IMG/VR virus record: IMGVR_UViG_3300045988_149506
Strand: one strand, 5' to 3'
Source: a virus
DNA length: 62,842 nt
The notes beneath the pieces were generated by a model that was given only the letters and a program-made list of their open reading frames with translations, searched no databases and was not told the DNA's origin. A program made the position numbers and the translations under genes. This document shows, piece by piece, positions 7,502 through 14,467 of the stretch. The number at the start of each line of letters is the position of its first letter. The first letter of the stretch is position 1.

Positions 7502-8911
7502 ATGAAAACAGATGGCTACATATTTACTCCAGAGCTGTTGCAGTGGCGTTACTTCCATCGTCCTGTGGTCGTTCAGGTGCTCATCCATGTGCTCCTCTCC
7601 TCCGCTCACAACGAGGCTTCCGCTGCCACCCTCTCCTATCGTGATTTGGCTCTACAGCTCCATACCACGGTCAAGACCATCCGTGTCGCCATCGATGTGC
7701 TCATAGCCGAGAAAATCATCACCAAGTGCTCTGCTCCAAGAGCCTCAACCAAACTCTATGTTAACAGTTCTCACCCCCTATCCCACTGCATCATACCGTG
7801 GCAAAGAGACCAAGGGTCACAGGTTACGGCACACTTCGGGGCACAGATTGGGGCACAATCTAGGGCACAGATTTCAAACTCACAACAAGCTGATAATCAA
7901 GGTTGCAAGGTGTATTACCAAGATGAGCAGGGCACAGATTGGGGCGCAGTTATGGGCACGGATGGGGCACAGCAAAGGGCGCAGCAAAAACAAGGGGCAC
8001 AGCCAAGGGCACAATCTAGGGCACAGATTTCACACTTCGAAACCCCTTTAAATAAAGGTGATTCCGAAGATTTGAGCAAAGTCAAGGGCACAGATGAGGA
8101 CATTGCCAAGGGCACACTTGCGAGAAAAGGGAAGAAAGAAACGAAAGAAACAAAAGAAAGCCTTTCCCCCGAACCCCCTATTAAAGAAAAGAAAGAAAGA
8201 AAAGAAAGAAGGCAAAAGAGAGCACCCACCCAAACACAAAAAAAAGAAAAAGAAAAAAAGTCGGTGGATGCTGAAACTCAGTTCTCCGAAGTGTTAAGGC
8301 TCTTCAACCGCCTCTTCCTGGGCACGCAGGTAAAGCCAATCTCGAAGATGACTCCCGACCGCAAGAAGCTAGTCGCCAAGTTTATCTCAGACTACTCCTT
8401 CGAGGATATTGAGCCGATGCTTCGCAAGGCTCTCAACTCAGACCTGCTCTCAGGGCGCAAGGATGGTGGCTGCTATATCTCCTTCAACTGGCTTTTCAAT
8501 CCAAAGAACTACGAGCCTCTGATGGAAGGAACGTTCGACAACCCATCAGTTGAAGCCTCAGCCAGAAAGAAGCCTCAGCCTTCAAGTTCTAAACCATCTT
8601 CTCCTCCACAGCCTCAACACGAGGAAACCAACGAGGAAATTGAAGCTCGTCTCAAAAGGAAGGAAGAACGCAAGAAGGAATTGGAGAAAGAACAGGCAGA
8701 AGCCTTACGGCAGAAATATGTAGGCTGGATAGAAGCTGCCAAGAAGAATCCGGATGGTTCCATGGCACAGATGGTGAAAGATGCCTACAAGAATGGCACT
8801 TTAGCTAAACTGGGCATCGACTGGACACCACCTGTGGAAGAGGAAACGAAAAACCTCCTCGACTTGGACGATAAGACACAAAACTATCTCCAGTCTCTCC
8901 TCAGCGACTAA
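7502..8911 (+). CDS. Replication initiation / replisome-organiser-like protein
   Basis: Winged-helix-like N-terminus (LSYRDLALQLHTTVKTIRVAIDVLIAEKII), central GAQ-repeat and K/E-rich linker, and a DnaD/phage-replisome-organiser-like C-terminal block (FNRLFLGTQVKPISKMTPDRKKLV...YISFNWLFNPKNYE). Confidence 0.55.
   Translation: MKTDGYIFTPELLQWRYFHRPVVVQVLIHVLLSSAHNEASAATLSYRDLALQLHTTVKTIRVAIDVLIAEKIITKCSAPRASTKLYVNSSHPLSHCIIPWQRDQGSQVTAHFGAQIGAQSRAQISNSQQADNQGCKVYYQDEQGTDWGAVMGTDGAQQRAQQKQGAQPRAQSRAQISHFETPLNKGDSEDLSKVKGTDEDIAKGTLARKGKKETKETKESLSPEPPIKEKKERKERRQKRAPTQTQKKEKEKKSVDAETQFSEVLRLFNRLFLGTQVKPISKMTPDRKKLVAKFISDYSFEDIEPMLRKALNSDLLSGRKDGGCYISFNWLFNPKNYEPLMEGTFDNPSVEASARKKPQPSSSKPSSPPQPQHEETNEEIEARLKRKEERKKELEKEQAEALRQKYVGWIEAAKKNPDGSMAQMVKDAYKNGTLAKLGIDWTPPVEEETKNLLDLDDKTQNYLQSLLSD
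7813..8120 (+). repeat. Iteron-like array of about 13 GGGCAC(A/G) repeats inside the initiator gene (candidate origin)
   Basis: Copies at about 7839, 7851, 7863, 7930, 7942, 7954, 7964, 7977, 7993, 8006, 8018, 8086 and 8109, mostly 10-13 nt apart. A purine-rich tract follows at 8120-8265. Confidence 0.45.
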
Positions 8912-8945
8912 GATACAAGTAACAAACAATTTAATTCATACAGTT

Positions 8946-9518
8946 ATGGACAGACAAGAATTAATAGACCGTCTCAACGGCAATTATCCCGAGTACACGC
9001 AAAAGCCTCAGCACAAGAAGGTGCAGCGTGAAGGTCAGTTGCAGATAGCCTGTGTACGATGGTTTCGCCTACAGTACCCGGCATTCTCTACTCTCCTCTT
9101 CCATCCCAAGAACGAGGCAGACGGTGCCACCAGTGGCAAGAAGATAGCCATCAATGCAGCATCGGGCGTGGTCCCAGGCGTTCCCGACCTCATCCTAGCC
9201 CTCCCTTCCATGAAGGATGGCAAGACAGGCATCATCTACGAGAACCCAGAAGTTTACTTCGGCTTGGGCATCGAATTGAAGTATGGCAAGACAAACAATC
9301 AGTCTGCCAATCAGAAACGCTTCCAGGGCTATTGGCAGTCCGCTGGCTACAAGTACGCCCTCTGTCGTTCTCTCGAAGATTTCATGCAGGTAGTCAATGC
9401 CTATATGCAAGCTGCCGAAGTCAACGCTTTCGAGAAAGTTCGCTCCTATCACACCACCGATGATGATACAGCGCACAATAAGCAAGTATTAAACAAAATC
9501 ATTAAAAACAAAAAGTAA
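8946..9518 (+). CDS. VRR-NUC domain nuclease
   Basis: GVVPGVPDLILALP...GLGIELKYGKTNNQSANQKRFQGYW matches the VRR-NUC PD-(D/E)xK pattern. Confidence 0.7.
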   Translation: MDRQELIDRLNGNYPEYTQKPQHKKVQREGQLQIACVRWFRLQYPAFSTLLFHPKNEADGATSGKKIAINAASGVVPGVPDLILALPSMKDGKTGIIYENPEVYFGLGIELKYGKTNNQSANQKRFQGYWQSAGYKYALCRSLEDFMQVVNAYMQAAEVNAFEKVRSYHTTDDDTAHNKQVLNKIIKNKK

Positions 9519-9519
9519 T

Positions 9520-9750
9520 ATGGAAATCGGATTTATCATCATCATGCTGTGCCTGGTTGTTATGGCCAGCACATTCATCTATCTAGTTTACCACCATGGC
9601 CATCGCTCCTGTAAGGGTTGTAAGTTCTTCCATCCTACAGCAAATAGTAAGTACAGCGGAACATGCAACGGCTTCGGTCATCATCGCTTCCACTGGGAGT
9701 GCTGTGGAGAATGGAAACGTAAAGCAACCAACCAAGAGGATGAACTTTAA
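9520..9750 (+). CDS. Small TM protein with a Cys/His-rich tail
   Basis: TM helix IIIMLCLVVMASTFIYLVY followed by CKGCKFFH...CNGFGHHRFHWECCGEW. Confidence 0.6.
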   Translation: MEIGFIIIMLCLVVMASTFIYLVYHHGHRSCKGCKFFHPTANSKYSGTCNGFGHHRFHWECCGEWKRKATNQEDEL

Positions 9751-9762
9751 AATCATGCATCT

Positions 9763-10320
9763 ATGGGCAATTACATCAAACAAAGCCTGATGCAGCCAAC
9801 ACCATCAGTTGCTAATCAGGAGAAAATGAGGATGTGCAAGTTCTGTGTACATAGCCACATCAGCGACCTCGGCTACAACCATTGCTGGAAGTCTGATAGT
9901 GTTACGTATAATGGAGATTCCCCTACAGGCATCTGTAGCGCATATAGGGATAAGAGAATATGGGAACCCTATTATTTCTCTGGTCTCATGTCACACTACA
10001 GGGGAAACATCTGTTGGGCAAGACCAGTGTATAACTCTCCTAAAAAGGGCAAGAGCCGTATTTTTAAATACGAAGTCATCGACCCGATAGCCTCAACAAT
10101 AGCAACCCTCTTGCCAAAGGAGTTCGCCAAGGAATACATTCCAGCCACTCCTGGCTCCCAGCCTCCACATACGATGAAGGAGTATGAGAAATTTGACACC
10201 TATTGTTTCGGTGGCTACGACCCACAGCTAACCGAGAACCAAGAGGCAAGAAATTACAATGAAGCCCACTGGCAGAAAATTCTAGCCCAGGAAGCAATCG
10301 AAGAACAATTAAAACAATAA
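9763..10320 (+). CDS. Hypothetical Cys-rich protein
   Basis: 185-aa ORF with CKFCVHSH...CWKSD...GICSAY. Confidence 0.65.
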   Translation: MGNYIKQSLMQPTPSVANQEKMRMCKFCVHSHISDLGYNHCWKSDSVTYNGDSPTGICSAYRDKRIWEPYYFSGLMSHYRGNICWARPVYNSPKKGKSRIFKYEVIDPIASTIATLLPKEFAKEYIPATPGSQPPHTMKEYEKFDTYCFGGYDPQLTENQEARNYNEAHWQKILAQEAIEEQLKQ

Positions 10321-10325
10321 GCAAT

Positions 10326-10586
10326 ATGAAAAAAAGATATTTTTACGTAGTCGCATCATTTATGCGCAAAGACGTAGCCAACACATGGCGTAAGGTTGAC
10401 TTTACCATTATGAAGGATGATGGTTCTGCATTGTTCCCTCTCATGGAGGCTATCAAGGCGATTAATGAAGGATATTCTGAGATAGCTGACCCTGCAACTG
10501 TCCAGTTCGACAGCTGCATAGAAATCAGCAAGGAAGACTTTGAGGCTTTCAACAAGCTCAATAATTTAGTCAAAGTGAATAAGTAG
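10326..10586 (+). CDS. Hypothetical protein
   Basis: 86-aa ORF within the operon. Confidence 0.6.
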   Translation: MKKRYFYVVASFMRKDVANTWRKVDFTIMKDDGSALFPLMEAIKAINEGYSEIADPATVQFDSCIEISKEDFEAFNKLNNLVKVNK

Positions 10587-10704
10587 CGTATGAGAAGAAC
10601 AATGAAGACTGTGGATAAGTATTTATCAGATATGAAAAAGTTAGAAAATTTAGTTAAGCGCAATAAACGTTTGATTATTTTGAAAACAAGAAAGATTTGG
10701 TAAA

Positions 10705-10738
10705 AGCCACCGTTCCCAGCGATTCCATCGCTGGTCCC
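10705..10738 (+). terminator. Conserved hairpin element, copy A (variant with a compensatory change)
   Basis: GCCACCGTTC-CCAGCGAT-TCC-ATCGCTGG-TCC with an 8-bp stem (10716-10723 / 10727-10734). It lies at the end of the first plus-strand block. Confidence 0.5.
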
Positions 10739-10774
10739 TCAGAAAGAATATTAACAAAGTAAGAAATTAAGGAA

Positions 10775-11242
10775 ATGGAAAAAACAATTTATATTCCAGG
10801 TGATTTGGTTATGACCAACGGCATTCCTATCGGAACGAAAAAAGGAATTGTTTACCAAGTCACAGAAAGTAATGCTGATAAATATGCAAAAGTGAAAGAT
10901 GGAAATGCTTTCACTGAGCTTAAAGGTTCCGTCACTCTTGCCAACTTAAAAGGGAAAACCATTCATGATGATGGATTCCTGTATGTTGACAGTGGCGCAT
11001 GGGTGAAGGATATAGTTCCTATCCCTCTCACTCCTTCCATCCTAGAGAAGAATGGCTATAAGCAAGTAGTCAATCATAGCTATATTTACCAACATATAGA
11101 AAATGATTGCTATGAAATCTGGAAAAATGTGAAGAATTGGACTATGTATTGGAGAGGTGTAAACCTATGCAGTTTCAAATATTTGCATGAGTTACAACAT
11201 ATTCTCTTATTCCTTGGTTTAAATTCAGAAATGGAGGTGTAG
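10775..11242 (+). CDS. Hypothetical protein (shares the KDIVPI motif with 2934-3335)
   Basis: 155-aa ORF containing GAWVKDIVPIPL. Confidence 0.65.
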   Translation: MEKTIYIPGDLVMTNGIPIGTKKGIVYQVTESNADKYAKVKDGNAFTELKGSVTLANLKGKTIHDDGFLYVDSGAWVKDIVPIPLTPSILEKNGYKQVVNHSYIYQHIENDCYEIWKNVKNWTMYWRGVNLCSFKYLHELQHILLFLGLNSEMEV

Positions 11243-11245
11243 CGT

Positions 11246-11494
11246 ATGAAGATTCATTTATTGCAAGCCTCGTCTTGCGCAGACGATGAGCATGATATAA
11301 GAAATTATCCTCGTTCATCATTCAAGTCGAAACCAGAACTTCCTGCTGGCACTAGACTTAGTGTCAAGGAGAAATGGCAAAATTTCTACGGAAGATATTA
11401 CCGCTGCTATCTCCCAGACGAAATGAAGGATAAGGGATATTCCATACCTTGGTACGACATCCCTGCCGACAAAGCAAAAGTGATAGAACTTTAA
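11246..11494 (+). CDS. Hypothetical protein
   Basis: 82-aa ORF. Confidence 0.6.
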   Translation: MKIHLLQASSCADDEHDIRNYPRSSFKSKPELPAGTRLSVKEKWQNFYGRYYRCYLPDEMKDKGYSIPWYDIPADKAKVIEL

Positions 11495-11505
11495 TCAATT
11501 ATCGT

Positions 11506-11736
11506 ATGGACAGAATACAGAACGAAATCAGTAAGCTTCGCCATGAGCAGAATTTGCACGAAAGACTGCAAGCTGCCAAACTTCGACAGATTAAGCGTGA
11601 GCACGATGGTCTCCACAAGTGGATAACCATCACGCCACGCCTCAGACTCCTCTGCCGAATAGACGAGCAAGGCAACCTCCTCCCAAAGGAGCTAGACCGC
11701 ATCAAGAAAGTTAAACAAACATTAGGTATCAAATAA
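11506..11736 (+). CDS. Hypothetical coiled-coil protein
   Basis: The track ORF is 11449-11736. The likely start is MDRIQNEISKL at 11506, after the upstream stop. Confidence 0.55.
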   Translation: MDRIQNEISKLRHEQNLHERLQAAKLRQIKREHDGLHKWITITPRLRLLCRIDEQGNLLPKELDRIKKVKQTLGIK

Positions 11737-11739
11737 ACT

Positions 11740-12330
11740 ATGAGTGAAGAATCAGCATTATCCTTTCGCAAGCTAGTTTCAGCTATGCGAACCACCGAGA
11801 AGGAGTATTGGGCACACCGAGACAAAAAGATGCTTCGCCAATCCATCGAGTTAGAAAAGCGTGTCGATGATATTATCTTGAAGGCAGATGGCTCAGCCGT
11901 CCCTCAGAACGACAACGGCACCTTCTTCCTTCTGGTGGCAGAACTTAGAGCCTCAACCATCCAATACTTCCAAGAGAAGAAGAAGGCACAGCCCGACAAA
12001 GAGCTGGTCAATACCCTCTTCAAGACCATCAAGGAGAAAGAAGCCAAGCTAGATAAGATGCTCATTCGCCTCCAAGATGAACAGATAAAGAAAGATGGCT
12101 ACAGCATCCACTACGAGGTTATGGAGAAACTGCCAAGAGCACATCAAGCTCGCAAAGTCTTTAGTTCCATGGATGAGCAACTTGCCAAGGTAGAGTTGAA
12201 CGACCTCTACCGCCATCCCGACCCTCCTGGCACTATGTATTTCATTTGCAAGAAGTATCTTGGCAAAGACGGAAAACCTCTATCAGAAGAAGAGGTAAAT
12301 AAAATTACAAATAACAATTCAAATTCTTAA
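11740..12330 (+). CDS. Hypothetical protein
   Basis: 196-aa ORF. Confidence 0.7.
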   Translation: MSEESALSFRKLVSAMRTTEKEYWAHRDKKMLRQSIELEKRVDDIILKADGSAVPQNDNGTFFLLVAELRASTIQYFQEKKKAQPDKELVNTLFKTIKEKEAKLDKMLIRLQDEQIKKDGYSIHYEVMEKLPRAHQARKVFSSMDEQLAKVELNDLYRHPDPPGTMYFICKKYLGKDGKPLSEEEVNKITNNNSNS

Positions 12331-12334
12331 GATT

Positions 12335-12865
12335 ATGGAAAAGAAAACAGAAAGTTTAAAAGTCAAAGTTGACAAAGCCATTGCCGAAAAGATTATTGGC
12401 ACAGGCAACGGTTCATCCCTTCGTTCTCGCACAGGCTCATGGTTCGAGTGCAAGGTGCGCTATGAGAAGACCCAGGACGATGGTAGCGAGAAAATGGTAA
12501 ACGAGCTGTACGTGGTCGATGCCCTATCCTTCACAGAGGCAGAAGCAAGCATCATTGACAACATGCAGGTCTATGTATCTGGTGAGTTTAAGGTTGCCAA
12601 CATCAACCCTACCAACTACAACGAGATATTCTTCTCGGATATTGATGACGATGATTTATGGTTTAAGGCACGTTTGGCTTTCATCACCATTGATGATAAG
12701 AGCAACAAGGAGAAGCGTTCCTATGTCAACTACCTCATCCAAGCCAAGTGCATCGAGCGTGCAAAGCGTTACGTTGACGAGGTTATGGGCAAAACCATGA
12801 TAGACTACGAGTTGAAGAGCCTCAGCGAGACCAAGATTCTTGATGTCTTCGAACATAAAGCATAA
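12335..12865 (+). CDS. DUF4494-like protein (Bacteroidota-restricted family)
   Basis: WFECKVRYEKTQDDGSEKMVNELYVVDALSFTEAEA...WFKARLAFITIDDKSNKEKR matches my recollection of the DUF4494 pattern. Confidence 0.5.
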   Translation: MEKKTESLKVKVDKAIAEKIIGTGNGSSLRSRTGSWFECKVRYEKTQDDGSEKMVNELYVVDALSFTEAEASIIDNMQVYVSGEFKVANINPTNYNEIFFSDIDDDDLWFKARLAFITIDDKSNKEKRSYVNYLIQAKCIERAKRYVDEVMGKTMIDYELKSLSETKILDVFEHKA

Positions 12866-12911
12866 GTTGCGCAAGTTATCACTTCTGTTCCGCACAGAAG
12901 TGGTAACTTAG
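12864..12911 (+). promoter_or_regulatory. Phage-specific promoter: AAGTTGCGCAAGTT-ATCAC-N21-TAACTTAG
   Basis: Same architecture and exact 26-nt spacing as four other loci. The spacer contains the hairpin ACTTCTGT-TCCGC-ACAGAAGT. Confidence 0.6.
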
Positions 12912-12944
12912 CCCACATTATTAATATATAATATAGTACAATAT

Positions 12945-13280
12945 ATGAAAAAGTTGAAACGTTTCATCATTTATCTCCGTCTCTGGTTCATCCGCAAGAT
13001 GGGCTATACCCTCCCATCCCTCAGAGAAGCTACTAGCATTGTGCCTGGAGAGTTTTACGACCTCTTCGGGCGCATTGTTCGAGCTGTACCCAACAAGGAA
13101 TCAGCCTCACCACTGGCAAAAGGCAACTTTGAGTATGAGGAAGTCCCAGAGCATTGCCTTAACTGCGATTTGTTCAAAGAGCACATTCCTTGCTCCTTCA
13201 ATCATCGTATGCCCAACGGCTGCGATATTTGCGACAATCATCATTTCGAAATCATCTGCATTAACAGAGGTAACATCTAA
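12945..13280 (+). CDS. Hypothetical Cys-rich protein
   Basis: 111 aa with CLNCDLFKEHIPCSFNHRMPNGCDICDNHH. Confidence 0.6.
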   Translation: MKKLKRFIIYLRLWFIRKMGYTLPSLREATSIVPGEFYDLFGRIVRAVPNKESASPLAKGNFEYEEVPEHCLNCDLFKEHIPCSFNHRMPNGCDICDNHHFEIICINRGNI

Positions 13281-13286
13281 AGCATA

Positions 13287-14036
13287 ATGAATATGAAACA
13301 GCAGAAGTCAAATTACAAGCTCGACAAAAAAACTGGCCACCTTCTCGAAGTCCCTTCCAAGAAGCAAGTTCGTGAGCACGTAAAGAAGGTACGTGAGCAG
13401 ACTAGCCAAGAGCCTCAGCAACCTATCACAGTGCATGAGACCCAAGCCGACAAGAATTTCAATAAGGTTCAGAAGGTTATCGACCGAATGCACGCCAAGG
13501 CGAAGCTCCCCGACTTCCTTCACATGGCACGCAAGAAGTTCCTTTCCACCGTCTGCGTTATCAATCGCCCAGGCAAGCAGCGTAGCCTCCTCCCCGACAA
13601 GAAAGGGCGTTATGTCATGCTCTGCCACCGCAAGATGGCAAAGGTCTTCACAGCTGATGTCTGCCTTCTGGTCAAGATTCAGAAGTCCTTTGTCGAAATC
13701 ATAGACGACAAACTTCTTGAATGCACAGTACACAAAGGGGAAAAATGGCAAGATGGTAGCTGGAGCATCGTCCCATGCAGAGTGGACAAAAGCAACTACA
13801 CCACCATTCAGGAAGTCCGTCTTCGCCCATGGTTCTTTCTCCACCGCTATTGGTACGAGATAACCTTTGATGGCAGGGTAGAGCCAGCTATGATGCTCCA
13901 CGATTACAACCTCAACCCTACCCTACGCAAGAAACATTTCTATGTCACCCGAGAATATGTAAAAGTACGTAACCAGGATGCCGAAAACGACTACTTCCGT
14001 TTCTGGCTCCACAAACCTACAGATTATGCAGAATGA
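13287..14036 (+). CDS. Hypothetical protein
   Basis: 249-aa ORF. The antisense 197-aa ORF was judged spurious. Confidence 0.7.
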   Translation: MNMKQQKSNYKLDKKTGHLLEVPSKKQVREHVKKVREQTSQEPQQPITVHETQADKNFNKVQKVIDRMHAKAKLPDFLHMARKKFLSTVCVINRPGKQRSLLPDKKGRYVMLCHRKMAKVFTADVCLLVKIQKSFVEIIDDKLLECTVHKGEKWQDGSWSIVPCRVDKSNYTTIQEVRLRPWFFLHRYWYEITFDGRVEPAMMLHDYNLNPTLRKKHFYVTREYVKVRNQDAENDYFRFWLHKPTDYAE

Positions 14037-14430
14037 AACAGATTTTTTTATCCTCAACCGTCCACGCCCTCAAAAGCGTGGACTCACCCTCAACAAGAAT
14101 GGGCGCATCACCTTGCGTTCCTACCCTGTAAAGCTCTTGGGGCTACAGCGAGGCGACAAAATCGTGTTCTTCTGTCTCGGCTCTCAGATGTATATCACCA
14201 AGTCCTCCTCTCTTCCTGATGCCATACCTCTCTATGGGCGCAAGGCACAGCTTCATGGTTGCAGTGCTAGCACTGTCAAATGCCTCTTCCTCCACACCCT
14301 AGGCGTTCCACCTAACGCCCAAGAGATAGACTTGGTAGTCTCTGACCGTCTAGAGACCATCACCGTAGGCAACGACACCATACAGGCATTGGCTGTAGTC
14401 AATCGTGCCGACCTATCCCATTGCCGATAA
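14026..14430 (+). CDS. Hypothetical protein, possibly AbrB/SpoVT-like DNA binding
   Basis: The likely start is MQNETDFF at 14026 (ATGCAGAATGA overlap). GRITLRSYPVKLLGLQRGDKIVFF resembles a swapped-hairpin motif. Confidence 0.4.
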   Translation: MQNETDFFILNRPRPQKRGLTLNKNGRITLRSYPVKLLGLQRGDKIVFFCLGSQMYITKSSSLPDAIPLYGRKAQLHGCSASTVKCLFLHTLGVPPNAQEIDLVVSDRLETITVGNDTIQALAVVNRADLSHCR

Positions 14431-14467
14431 TTAAATATTAAACAATACACATTAAACATTAATAAAG

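Noticed and set aside
7758-8297. Alternative-frame ORFs over the initiator gene repeat and purine tract (7758-8051, 7915-8229, 8048-8239, 8094-8297)
   Set aside because: These are low-complexity translations (KKKK, FFSF, GH repeats) produced by the GGGCACA repeats and the purine tract. Only the 7502-8911 frame has structured N- and C-terminal domains.
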